Source: Candidatus Harpocratesius repetitus (GTDB taxonomy: Archaea; Asgardarchaeota; Lokiarchaeia; Sigyniarchaeales; Promethearchaeaceae). Taken from it: a stretch of DNA of 32,000 bases. A program made the translations under genes and the position numbers. Positions 1-9,578 of this stretch are shown here, piece by piece; position 1 is the first letter of the stretch; every line of letters begins with the position of its first letter. The notes beneath the pieces are model-generated. The model made no database searches. It was not told the origin of the DNA and saw only the letters and a list, made by a program, of their open reading frames with translations. The stretch spans positions 1,800,001-1,832,000 of the forward strand of contig JAIZWK010000001.1 of NCBI GenBank assembly GCA_021498095.1, written 5' to 3'.

Positions 1-818
1 GGAATTTTGAACGCTGGTTTTTCAACAGTCTTTCCATTAGCAGAAATTTTATTAGCAGAAATTTGGTTAGGGTTGTATGCAAGCAAGTTTTCAAGAATTA
101 TTTTTCTTAAATAAAAAGAGGATGAGAAATTAATATTCCAATCAATCAGATTAATCTTGTAAAAAGTAACTTCTTCTAAATATTGATAATTAGAAGCATC
201 AGTTGGTATTGTAAGCAGTTTAGGACACGAAGCCAAAACCAGTTTTTTCAGTTTAGAGGGCCAACCTGTGATGTGTTCCAAATCACAATGTGATATATCC
301 AAAGAGGTACAATTCTCGAATATGGAAAAATCGACAGATTTCTGCGGAAATTTGCATTTATAAAACGATAAAGAATTTATATGATTTATTCTGGGAATTT
401 TGGAAAAATCAATGGTTTCGTGTCTAAAACCTCTCGGAATAAAGATAAGATCAACATGCTCGCTTTGAGAAAAATCAATATCCAAGTTTTCTATATGCAG
501 ACCGTGGACCACAAATTCTTTTAAAAATCGATACTGCGAAGGGTCTTCAGGAACCCGCTTCAAGTTAGGACACTTATATATATCAATTTTTTCAATTTTA
601 GGCGGCCACACTACAATTTCCTCCAGATCGCACCCCCCGATAATTATTTCTCTTAAATCTATCAAATGAGAAAGATCTACCTTTTTTGGATTGAATCTGC
701 AGCCGGTAAAATATCTTCTGAGAAATTTGCGATTATTTATTATTTTAGAACTGTCTATTTCAATATTTTCGATGAATTCACCATCAAGTTGATCATGATG
801 CATTTTTTTATCCTTCAT
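1..818 (-). CDS. Leucine-rich-repeat-like protein, 3' partial (runs off the window start; absent from the ORF track)
   Basis: Manual translation gives a stop-free frame from ATG 818 (alternative ATG 803) to position 1: MKDKKMHHDQLDGEF...DLREIIIGGCDLEEIVVWPPKIEKIDIYKCPNLKRVP...SLDISHCDLEHITGWPSKLKKLVLASCPKLLTIP. It shows LxxLxIxxCxxL-type LRR patterns. Confidence 0.8.
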   Translation of the reverse strand, partial: MKDKKMHHDQLDGEFIENIEIDSSKIINNRKFLRRYFTGCRFNPKKVDLSHLIDLREIIIGGCDLEEIVVWPPKIEKIDIYKCPNLKRVPEDPSQYRFLKEFVVHGLHIENLDIDFSQSEHVDLIFIPRGFRHETIDFSKIPRINHINSLSFYKCKFPQKSVDFSIFENCTSLDISHCDLEHITGWPSKLKKLVLASCPKLLTIPTDASNYQYLEEVTFYKINLIDWNINFSSSFYLRKIILENLLAYNPNQISANKISANGKTVEKPAFKI

Positions 819-971
819 TTCTATTTTTTAATTTTAGATTTTCTGTTTTTTACTTTTTTATTTCTTATTTTTTAATATTGATTTGTGCTCCTTATTTTAT
901 TGCTATCTCTATTTTCTCTATTTTCTTTTTTTTTAACTAAATAAATTAAAAAAACTACAGCAAAATAAAGG

Positions 972-1463
972 TTATGATGCTTCTACAAACGCCCTTAATT
1001 TGCTGATGAACGCCTCAAATTCCTGCATGAAAATGCAGTATTCAGGAATATTGACCAAATCGCTTTCATCAGAAAAGCCGTAAAATGCCTTAAATTCTTC
1101 AATGTAGTAGGCACGGATGTTCTCATAATTGGCTAAATAAGTGCGGTAGACTTTCTGCCGATTTTTTTGGAATGGGGCGACAGCAGGGTCAAGATTTGGG
1201 GTTTCAATTTTTTCAAGGATTTTTTTCTTAATTTTATCAAATTGAATATGGCCATCTGCATCGAGAGTGGGAATCCACCTATTATATGAATCTGTTTCTC
1301 CAATCACTCCAAATCTTTTTAAGAGATTTCCAAGAATTTGTTGGTCATAACCGTAATAAAGTGTTTTGGAACGGCGTGCCATTCTTTCTTGCCTTAACCA
1401 TTCAGCGCCTTTGATAATCACCTCTCGGACACTTAAGCCAATATTCTGTGGGTCATTCCGCAT
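972..1463 (-). CDS. Hypothetical protein (about 163 aa from ATG 1463; TTG at 1529 is an alternative start)
   Basis: Long open frame in very AT-rich DNA with protein-like composition. No motif recognised. Confidence 0.7.
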   Translation of the reverse strand: MRNDPQNIGLSVREVIIKGAEWLRQERMARRSKTLYYGYDQQILGNLLKRFGVIGETDSYNRWIPTLDADGHIQFDKIKKKILEKIETPNLDPAVAPFQKNRQKVYRTYLANYENIRAYYIEEFKAFYGFSDESDLVNIPEYCIFMQEFEAFISKLRAFVEAS

Positions 1464-1806
1464 TCTGATAAAAAGTAGGTTTAGAAATGTTCGAAAAAAT
1501 TTACAATCCAATAAATTTGCTTCACTCAACTAAAGAAATTATTAAGAATCAATCATCAACAAAAGCAATTACATCTCAACTAACATTTCCAGCAATTTAT
1601 TTTTAGATATTTCCGAGCAAATAGACTTAATTGAGTTTACAAAATATGCCATTTTGGATTTTACCAATCAAGAATTGGAAACAATAAGTGAAAAAGAAGT
1701 GCAAAAATTAGAAGGTATTGCAAAAAAAATATTGAAAAAATATTCACAAGTTCTGGATATTGAATTAAAATCAAATTAAAATTATTCTGATGAAAAAAAA
1801 GAGAAA

Positions 1807-3282
1807 TCAATTAATTAAATCGTGGGGTTGAGCCTCTGTTGCTCCTGAAGATGTAATACGCGCAATACGGATTTTTGATGCTTCTTTAATTGATTTCACC
1901 CCTCCATAAATTAACCCGTTACGAATTCCATCTTCTAACTGATCAAGAACTCCTTTTAATGGTCCTAAAAAGCTAACAAAACCAGAAACTCCTTCTGCCA
2001 ATTTCTTCGAATCTTTCACATATCGATCATCGGCATATGATCCAACGGCTCTTGCTTCTGCACTACCCATTCCACGGTATACTTTCACTTTTCGACCCTT
2101 CACAGTATCAATATATCCTGGTGATTCGGTGCATCCTGCAAAGAAATGCCCTGACATAATCATATCCGCCCCAACTGCAAAAGCTTTTACTAAATCTCCC
2201 GGATACTTGAATCCTCCATCAGAAATTAAGCTTATTTTGGGATTATAGTCCATAATTGCATCTTTTACTTCTGCTGTAGCAAAAAGTGTTGGCGCACCAA
2301 CTCCTGTTTGAATCGTAGTCGTGCAGATTGATCCTGAACCCATTCCAACTTTAATTCCAATAAATTTGTCTTCAGGATATCCATAAGTTAGGATTGCCTC
2401 TGCTGCTTCATATGTTCCAATATTGCCTAAAACAAATTTTGAATCAAGTATCTCCATCATTTCTTTTGCAGCAACCATATCTGCCTTTTTATAGAACTCT
2501 GCTACATCGGTCATCATAATATCTGCTTTTGCTGCTGCCTGCTTTAATATTTCTAAATCATGTGGATCTTTTGGTAGAAAAGGGCTACAACCCAAACCTA
2601 CTAATAAACGACCTTTATCATCCTTAGAACTATAAGGATAAGTTGGTTTCAAATCCTTTTTGGTAATTAATCCGACCAATACTCCATCTGCATCCACAAG
2701 TGGTATTTTTTCTTTCCGAATTTCATAAAGTTTGTTTAATCCTTCTTCGCGCGAAACATTTGCTGGCAAACATACGGGATTTCGAGTCATAACTTCATCT
2801 ACAGTTCCATTCTCGTTGGAATCAAATGGAATATCACGGGAAGTAATTATTCCGACTACTTTATTTTGATAATCTACAACTGGAAATCCACTGATTCCCT
2901 TTTCCTTCATCTTCTTGACTACTTCTCTAATCGTCATATCAGGTCGAACAGTTGCGACATCTTCAATTATAAAACTGCGCGCTCGCTTAACCTTCTTTAC
3001 CATCTCCAACTGTCGTTCATAACTACAATTTCGATGCAAAACGCCTAAACCACCTTCTCGAGCTATAGCGATCGCCATTTGAGTTTCTGTAACAGTGTCC
3101 ATAGCGGCCGAAATAATGGGTGATTCAAAATGAAATGGGCCGAGATTGGTAGCAATATTGCATTCATGTGGTAAGAAATCAGTATAACCTGGTAAGCAGA
3201 TTACGTCATCGAATGTGAGAACCCAGCCTTGGTCTGCGGCAACTTTCTGTCTAAAAGAGTATGATTTTTGTTGTATTCCCAT
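1807..3282 (-). CDS. guaB: Inosine-5'-monophosphate dehydrogenase with tandem CBS domains
   Basis: LTFDDV, PIISAAMDTVTE, GGLGVLHRN, CBS pair, catalytic loop GMGSGSICTT, DGG, YRGMGS, flap Arg-Tyr (DDRY), EGV. ATG at 3282 preferred over TTG 3288. Confidence 0.95.
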   Translation of the reverse strand: MGIQQKSYSFRQKVAADQGWVLTFDDVICLPGYTDFLPHECNIATNLGPFHFESPIISAAMDTVTETQMAIAIAREGGLGVLHRNCSYERQLEMVKKVKRARSFIIEDVATVRPDMTIREVVKKMKEKGISGFPVVDYQNKVVGIITSRDIPFDSNENGTVDEVMTRNPVCLPANVSREEGLNKLYEIRKEKIPLVDADGVLVGLITKKDLKPTYPYSSKDDKGRLLVGLGCSPFLPKDPHDLEILKQAAAKADIMMTDVAEFYKKADMVAAKEMMEILDSKFVLGNIGTYEAAEAILTYGYPEDKFIGIKVGMGSGSICTTTIQTGVGAPTLFATAEVKDAIMDYNPKISLISDGGFKYPGDLVKAFAVGADMIMSGHFFAGCTESPGYIDTVKGRKVKVYRGMGSAEARAVGSYADDRYVKDSKKLAEGVSGFVSFLGPLKGVLDQLEDGIRNGLIYGGVKSIKEASKIRIARITSSGATEAQPHDLIN

Positions 3283-3506
3283 ACACAAAAGTGGTATTCA
3301 TTTCTTTTCAATTTTACGCTTAAGCTGAAGCATGCTATCCATTATAAATAATTAATTTTTAATTAGGTGGTGAAAAGTTAGACTAATGAAGATTTCTGAT
3401 AAAAAAGATTTTTAAAAGTAATTACTATATAATCAAAAGAGAATTATCCATTTAAAAAAGACGTTGTGTTTTCCATCTTTTATAGGATGAATAATTATAA
3501 TATATA

Positions 3507-4703
3507 ATGAATTTTACCCGCACCCAATTTGAAAATACTCTTGATCGAACACATTCATTTTCCATTAAATGGGATCCTGATTTTATGATTGAAAGATTTG
3601 GAACTTCAGATTTACTACCATTTAATCATGCAGAAATGGATTTTGAATGCCCACTTCCGATTCAGAAAGCAGTTCAATCTCGGGCAGAACACGGTATTTA
3701 CGGTTATACTTTGGTTCCTCAAGAATATTATAATGCAGTTATCTCTTGGTATAAAACACGTCATCAACTTTCAATCAATACAGAAGAAATTCTCTATTCA
3801 ACAGGGGTTATTTTTAGTTTACGTAATGTAATTCAATTTTTTACGCAGCCTGGAGATGAAATCATGCTTTTTACTCCAATCTATAGACCTCTTGCCGAGG
3901 CTGTTACTGATCAGCAGCGAAAATTAATTACTGTTCCCTTACGGATAGATAAGAATTATTATTCCATGGATTATGATGCTATAGAGAAAATTGTGGCTTC
4001 TAATCGCATTAAACTTTGCATTATCTGTAATCCACATAATCCAGTAGGGAGAGTGTGGCGACGGGATGAATTGATTCGATTGGGGGATATTTGTCTTGCT
4101 AATAACATTTTAATTGTTTCTGATGAAATTCACTGCGATCTTACTGCAAAAAATCATTCTTACACTTCAATTTTAAATGCTTCTTATGAAATCAGCCAAA
4201 ATGCAATCATGATAAGTTCATATACAAAAACTTTCAACACATCAGGGTTAAAAACCGCTAATATTTTTATTAAAAATCCTTCATTACGGAAATCCTTTTT
4301 CAATTTTTACAAAAAAAAATTTGTCTATGCTCCAAATGTATTTGGAATTATTGGGCTCATTGCTGCATATACTCAGTGCGCTCAATGGGTAGATCTTTTA
4401 ACACAATATTTGGATGAGAATTATGAATTTGCCTGTAATTTTATTAATGATCATGAAATTCCTATTACAGTAATGCCTCGGGAAGGAACACCCTTACTTT
4501 GGTTGGATTTTCGAGATTTTCCTTATCCATCTGAAGATGTATTTAAAATGTTATTGACTAAAGCTCATATTATTTCGTATGATGGTCGAGATTTTACAGC
4601 TAACGGGGAAGGATTTCAAAGATTAAGTTTGGGATATCCTAGAAAAATCTTGAAAGAAGGATTGAGTCGAATTCTCACAGTGTATAAAAATATAGAGAAA
4701 TAA
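3507..4703 (+). CDS. MalY/PatB family PLP-dependent C-S lyase / aminotransferase
   Basis: SIKWD, AEMDF, HGIYGY, LCIICNPHNPVGRVW, SDEIHCDL, and PLP-lysine region SYTKTFNTSGLK. Confidence 0.9.
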   Translation: MNFTRTQFENTLDRTHSFSIKWDPDFMIERFGTSDLLPFNHAEMDFECPLPIQKAVQSRAEHGIYGYTLVPQEYYNAVISWYKTRHQLSINTEEILYSTGVIFSLRNVIQFFTQPGDEIMLFTPIYRPLAEAVTDQQRKLITVPLRIDKNYYSMDYDAIEKIVASNRIKLCIICNPHNPVGRVWRRDELIRLGDICLANNILIVSDEIHCDLTAKNHSYTSILNASYEISQNAIMISSYTKTFNTSGLKTANIFIKNPSLRKSFFNFYKKKFVYAPNVFGIIGLIAAYTQCAQWVDLLTQYLDENYEFACNFINDHEIPITVMPREGTPLLWLDFRDFPYPSEDVFKMLLTKAHIISYDGRDFTANGEGFQRLSLGYPRKILKEGLSRILTVYKNIEK

Positions 4704-4892
4704 AATTTTATTTCGTTTTTCTTCTTCACAAAAAATCGAATACAGAAAGAATTTTATTTGCCAAGCAAAAGTTGAATGCTAAACAGTTACATGTCATCAT
4801 TCTAAAATTCCAAAGCGGAAGAAATTTAACATCACAACAACAAATAATCATATTGAAATTACTGTAACAGTTAAAAATTATTGGGAAAAAAA

Positions 4893-5426
4893 ATGACGGG
4901 AAACTATCTGTTTAAACTGATCATCGCAGGTAGCGGTGGAAGCGGAAAAACTACATTATTACGGCGATATACTACTGGGCTCTTCAGCGGTTCTACAAAA
5001 ATGACAATTGGTGTTGACTTTTCAGTTACTCAATGCAAAACATCTAAAGATCAGAATGTGACCTTGCAAATATGGGATTTTGGCGGTGAAAACAGGTTTA
5101 GATCGCTTCTTCCAAGTTTTTGTTTAGGTGCTAGTGGATGTTTAATGTTGTTTGACCCGTTACGTCCCGCTACATTTCACGAATTAGAGGAATGGGTAGA
5201 TATCGTGCAATCGAATACCAAAAACATCCCTATTCTCCTTCTCTCTTCAAAACATGATTTGATAGATGAAGGTCATCCATTCTCAGTTGCTAATTCTGAT
5301 ATTGAAGCATTTGTTGAAAAGCACAAATTGGCAGGATACATTCATGTATCGTCGAAAACTGGCCTTAATGTTGCTCAATCATTTACAAAAATCTCAGAAT
5401 TAATGATTGAAAAAAATGCGGGGTGA
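4893..5426 (+). CDS. Rab/Ras-like small GTPase (Asgard type)
   Basis: YLFKLIIAGSGGSGKTT (G1), TIGVDF (G2), LQIWDFGGENRFRSL (G3), SSKHD (G4 variant), VSSKTG (G5). No C-terminal Cys prenylation motif. ATG at 4893. Confidence 0.9.
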   Translation: MTGNYLFKLIIAGSGGSGKTTLLRRYTTGLFSGSTKMTIGVDFSVTQCKTSKDQNVTLQIWDFGGENRFRSLLPSFCLGASGCLMLFDPLRPATFHELEEWVDIVQSNTKNIPILLLSSKHDLIDEGHPFSVANSDIEAFVEKHKLAGYIHVSSKTGLNVAQSFTKISELMIEKNAG

Positions 5427-5502
5427 TTTTACGCCAATCGCAAATCGAGTTTTCGATGTTTTTTTTTAATTCATTGCACATTTTCTTCTTTTTCCCATAT
5501 AG

Positions 5503-6126
5503 ATGCAAAGTTCAGAGAATTTTATAAAAATGGATGAGATTTTTAGCACAATGACAGAACATGAAGACCTAAACATACAATCTCTTAAGATTGTAGTCTC
5601 TGGAAAAAATCCATCAAAAAAAACAATATTACATTTATTAAAAAAGCTAAATCTTAGCCGAAATATAATTAATCATCAAATTGCTGTAATGAAGAAAGCA
5701 GTTAGTTTAGCATATAATATAACCAAGGTTGAAGTTAATATAGAAATAGTTCGAATTGGAGCGTTGGTACATGATATTGGGCGTTATAAAACCCATGATA
5801 TGAGCCATGGAGTAGAAGGAGGTAAATTACTTCGAAGGCTTGGATTTTCAGAAAATATTGCTCGAATTGCTGAAACACATTCATTAGCTGGATTAACTGC
5901 TGAAGAAGCAGTAACTTTTAATCTTCCTGCTAAGAATTATCTTCCTCAAAGTATTGAAGAGAAACTTGTATGTTTGGCGGATAAATATCACATGGGAACT
6001 AGAAAAGTAACTATTGAAAAGCGGTTTGAAAAATGGTTTTTGAAATATGGTGAAACCCCATTTTTACAAGAACAACTTAAACGGGCTAAATTACTAGAAG
6101 AAGAAATATTGCGGTTGATTTTTTGA
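5503..6126 (+). CDS. HD-domain (HDIG) metal-dependent phosphohydrolase, archaeal type
   Basis: INHQIAV...GALVHDIGR...HGVEG...ETH...LADK. Confidence 0.85.
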   Translation: MQSSENFIKMDEIFSTMTEHEDLNIQSLKIVVSGKNPSKKTILHLLKKLNLSRNIINHQIAVMKKAVSLAYNITKVEVNIEIVRIGALVHDIGRYKTHDMSHGVEGGKLLRRLGFSENIARIAETHSLAGLTAEEAVTFNLPAKNYLPQSIEEKLVCLADKYHMGTRKVTIEKRFEKWFLKYGETPFLQEQLKRAKLLEEEILRLIF

Positions 6127-6291
6127 GAATATAATTTTATGAGCAATCCTTTTTTAAAGTGGTATATTATAAAATTTTAGTTTTAAAGATATGTTAATAG
6201 AAGTTGAAAAATCTTGAAAAGATGTTTTAGGTGAAATAATATTCCATCGAATTATTATTTTCAATCTCCTATTTGGAAATTTCAAGCACAG

Positions 6292-6777
6292 ATGGATCTC
6301 CCTTTTCTTCCCACACCACAACCTGTAATTAAACGAATTTTTTATTTTTTAAATAATAAAATAACTTTGAAAGGTAAAAGTTTGGTAGATTTAGGTGCAG
6401 GGGATGGTCGGGTGGCAATTTTCGTTGCAAAAGAGTATTTTATGCAATCTAGTGCTGTTGAAATCAATCTTGAAATGCTACAAACAATAAAGGATACAAT
6501 CGCTCAAATTGATTCAGATAAAGACAAATTGACTGAAAGGATAAGAGTTATTGAAGCTGATTTGTTTAACTTTGATGTATCATCCTTTGATGTTGTTTAC
6601 ACATATCCCTTTCCAAAATGCATTCGTTCATTTATTCACATTTTTCACCAAATGAAAAAAGGTGCTTACATGATTTGTATTCGATGGGCTTTGGAGCCTG
6701 AGCAAATTTTACCATTTGAATTGTATGATCTTACTGAAATTGCTCAATTCCCTGTGTATATTTATCGAAAAGGTTAA
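6292..6777 (+). CDS. Class I SAM-dependent methyltransferase
   Basis: PFLPTP, LVDLGAGDGR (motif I), AVEIN, IEADLF, DVVYTY. Confidence 0.85.
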   Translation: MDLPFLPTPQPVIKRIFYFLNNKITLKGKSLVDLGAGDGRVAIFVAKEYFMQSSAVEINLEMLQTIKDTIAQIDSDKDKLTERIRVIEADLFNFDVSSFDVVYTYPFPKCIRSFIHIFHQMKKGAYMICIRWALEPEQILPFELYDLTEIAQFPVYIYRKG

Positions 6778-6818
6778 ATATTTTGCTTAGTTAAACTAAA
6801 AATTTTCCAAAAGAATAA

Positions 6819-7349
6819 TCACAAATGTAAGCGTTCTTTTATTACTTGAATTGCACCACCTTTTTCAATATAGCGAAGAATAAACGGTGAAAAATTGGAA
6901 AATTTGAAGATTTGTTGGGTATTCAAGTTTTTCATTGTTCCTTGAATGAGATCGATCCGTAATTTGTCCCATTGTTTCCCAATGGTTTGTGAAGCGGGAA
7001 ATTTAATTACAGGAAGTCCTAAGTTTATTGCATTACGAAAGAAAATACGGGCAAAACTTTCTGCAATAATCGCCCGAATTCCCAATTCTTTCAAAACAAA
7101 AACTGCTTCTTCACGACTGGAACCACAGCCGAAATTTTTTCCCGCAATGATTATATCTCCTTTTTGAACTTGTTTTGCAAAATTTGGAATTACAGATTCT
7201 AAAGTTGCTTCTAGCAATTTAGTATAGTCTTGTTCTGTTAAAACATGCGAGGGAACAATCAGATCTGTATCAATTGAATCACCCACGCGCCAAACACGAC
7301 CTTCAACTATTGGTGAGAAGAGGGGAGAATTGTGTATCATGGATATCAT
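6819..7349 (-). CDS. 3-isopropylmalate dehydratase / homoaconitase small subunit (LeuD/HacB family)
   Basis: GDSIDTDLIVP, GDIIIAGKNFGCGSSREEA, AESFARIFFRNAINLGLP. Substrate specificity unresolved. Confidence 0.92.
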   Translation of the reverse strand: MISMIHNSPLFSPIVEGRVWRVGDSIDTDLIVPSHVLTEQDYTKLLEATLESVIPNFAKQVQKGDIIIAGKNFGCGSSREEAVFVLKELGIRAIIAESFARIFFRNAINLGLPVIKFPASQTIGKQWDKLRIDLIQGTMKNLNTQQIFKFSNFSPFILRYIEKGGAIQVIKERLHL

Positions 7350-7367
7350 CTTTATTATTGTTAAATA

Positions 7368-8768
7368 CTAAATTCTTGTTTTTTCTTGTGGAGGGCTTGT
7401 AATATGTCCCGTTATGGCTGAAGCAGCCACAGTGGCGGATGATGCAAGATAAGTCTGTGAGCTCGGATCACCCATTCTTCCCTTAAAATTACGATTCGAG
7501 CTGCTTATACAAATCTCATCAGGACCCAATACTCCCATATGGCCGCCAATACAAGGACCACATGTTGGATACTCAACCATGGCACCCGCTTGAACAAAAA
7601 TTTCAAGCAATCCTTCATGCATCGCTTTTAAATAAATGTCACGTGAAGCTGGAATAACAATAAATTTAACATCTGTAGGAACAGTGTGATTTTTTACAAT
7701 TCGAGCAGCAATACGCAGATCTTCTAATCTACCATTTGTACATGAACCTAAAAATGCTTCATCAATTTCAATTGGTTCCATTTCAGCAACGGGAATAACA
7801 TTATCTGGGCTATAAGGACGTGCGATCATCGGTTCAATTTCTGATAAATCATATTCTAGTGTTTTTTTATAGTTATAACCTTTCTCAGGAGAAATAAATC
7901 GTGGTGTGTTTGGTGAAATCGGTGCAGAATATGAAGTTTTTGATGAATTCGGTCTTGCTGATTTTTGTAAAATTGTTTGTAAAGTCGAAGGTGCTTCTGT
8001 TGGTGGCGGATGCGCTCTTAACCAGTCCGCTAATAATTTATCTCCTTCAAAAATTCCATTTTTTGCGCCCATTTCAACCACCATATTGGAGATTGTCATT
8101 CGAGAATCTATAGAAATTTGTGAAATTCCTTCTCCACCAAATTCAAATCCATCATAGATTGCCCCATCTGTTTTAAAATCTCTAAGCATTTGTAATACAA
8201 TATCCTTTCCCAAAACATTGGAGTGAAGGTTTCCATGAAAATTTACTCTTATTGTTTCAGGAACAACAAACCATAATTCTCCAGTTGCAAAAAGATTAAC
8301 AACATCGGTTGCTCCAATCCCTGTGCTGAAACAGTTAAATGCGCCATATGTGGTTGTATGTGAATCAGACCCTACAATTAACCGTCCAGGTTGGGCAAAA
8401 CCTTTCTCTGGTAGAACTTGGTGGCATATTCCTTGATTTTGCCCAAAATTCCATTTTATGTGGTATTTTTCAGCAAAAGTATTTGCTCGCTGATGCATCT
8501 TTGCAGCTCGAACATCTGGAGGGGGAACCCAATGATCTAAGATAAATACAACCTGCTCAGGGTCCCAAATATGATTTAAACCTAGTTTCTGAAATTCGGG
8601 AGCAATTCTTCCACCTAATTGCTCATGAACCATAATATAATCGACACTTACTTGGATAAATTCACCTGGTGTAACACTCTTTTCGATTTTGGAAGTCTCA
8701 ATGTTGTTTTTTTTATTAGTATAAGTTGAAGAAATGTGCTTTGCTAAGATTTTATCACTAATCGACAT
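7368..8768 (-). CDS. 3-isopropylmalate dehydratase / homoaconitase large subunit (LeuC/HacA family)
   Basis: DHWVP, GICHQ, GSDSHTTTYGA, [4Fe-4S] cysteines in GSCTNG and CGPCIG, SSSNRNFKGRMG. Confidence 0.93.
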   Translation of the reverse strand: MSISDKILAKHISSTYTNKKNNIETSKIEKSVTPGEFIQVSVDYIMVHEQLGGRIAPEFQKLGLNHIWDPEQVVFILDHWVPPPDVRAAKMHQRANTFAEKYHIKWNFGQNQGICHQVLPEKGFAQPGRLIVGSDSHTTTYGAFNCFSTGIGATDVVNLFATGELWFVVPETIRVNFHGNLHSNVLGKDIVLQMLRDFKTDGAIYDGFEFGGEGISQISIDSRMTISNMVVEMGAKNGIFEGDKLLADWLRAHPPPTEAPSTLQTILQKSARPNSSKTSYSAPISPNTPRFISPEKGYNYKKTLEYDLSEIEPMIARPYSPDNVIPVAEMEPIEIDEAFLGSCTNGRLEDLRIAARIVKNHTVPTDVKFIVIPASRDIYLKAMHEGLLEIFVQAGAMVEYPTCGPCIGGHMGVLGPDEICISSSNRNFKGRMGDPSSQTYLASSATVAASAITGHITSPPQEKTRI

Positions 8769-8930
8769 AAAAGATCACACCGTAATGAATTATTACCGAG
8801 TATATGATTAATTATATAATGAAAGTTTTCTGAAATATCATGCAGAAAATTTTTTTACTTCGTGACATTTTAAGTAGTACGCCTTTAATACCTTTTTTCT
8901 GTTGTTTTAGTGCAAAGGATGGAAAGAATT

Positions 8931-9578
8931 ATGACTAACATTGTGTTATTTGGAGCACCTGGTGCTGGAAAGGGAACTTTGGCAGGGAAAATAAAGAAAT
9001 TTAGTTCCGTGGTGCACATAAGCACGGGAGATTTGTTCCGTGCCAATATTAAGAATGAAACACCTATTGGAAAGGAAGCAAAAAGCTATATTGATGCTGG
9101 ACAACTTGTTCCTGATAGTGTAGTAATAGGAATGGTGAAAGATCGTATTGATCAGCCAGATGTGAAGGAAAATGGGTTTATGTTGGATGGTTTTCCACGA
9201 ACATTAGAACAAGCTAAAGCCCTTGATGAAATTGCTTCTTTGGATGTTGTAGTAGTAATTGAAATTGCTAAAGAAGATTTAAAAAAGCGAATTTTAGGTA
9301 GAAGAAGCTGTCCTAAATGTGGAAAAATCTATAATATTTACAATGATGAATTAAAACCGAAAAAGGAAGGATACTGTGATGTTTGTGAAAATACAGCTTT
9401 AGTGCAACGCTCCGACGATAATGAGGAAACCTTCGAAAAACGCTGGAATACTTATTTAAGTCAGTCTGAAGCTGTAATTGATTACTATTCCAAGAATGAA
9501 GGATTGGTTCAAAAGATCGATGGCACACGCACAATGTCCTACACGGAAGCAGAATTGCGTTCCATTCTAAAAATGTAA
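8931..9578 (+). CDS. adk: Adenylate kinase, bacterial-type long form with Zn-binding LID
   Basis: GAPGAGKGT, HISTGDLFR, GQLVPD, LDGFPRT, LID CPKC...CDVC, RSDD. ATG at 8931. Confidence 0.95.
   Translation: MTNIVLFGAPGAGKGTLAGKIKKFSSVVHISTGDLFRANIKNETPIGKEAKSYIDAGQLVPDSVVIGMVKDRIDQPDVKENGFMLDGFPRTLEQAKALDEIASLDVVVVIEIAKEDLKKRILGRRSCPKCGKIYNIYNDELKPKKEGYCDVCENTALVQRSDDNEETFEKRWNTYLSQSEAVIDYYSKNEGLVQKIDGTRTMSYTEAELRSILKM

Noticed and set aside
666-875. 69-aa Phe/Leu/Ile-rich plus-strand ORF
   Set aside because: It is antisense to the LRR gene start and runs through a T-rich tract, so its composition is an artefact.
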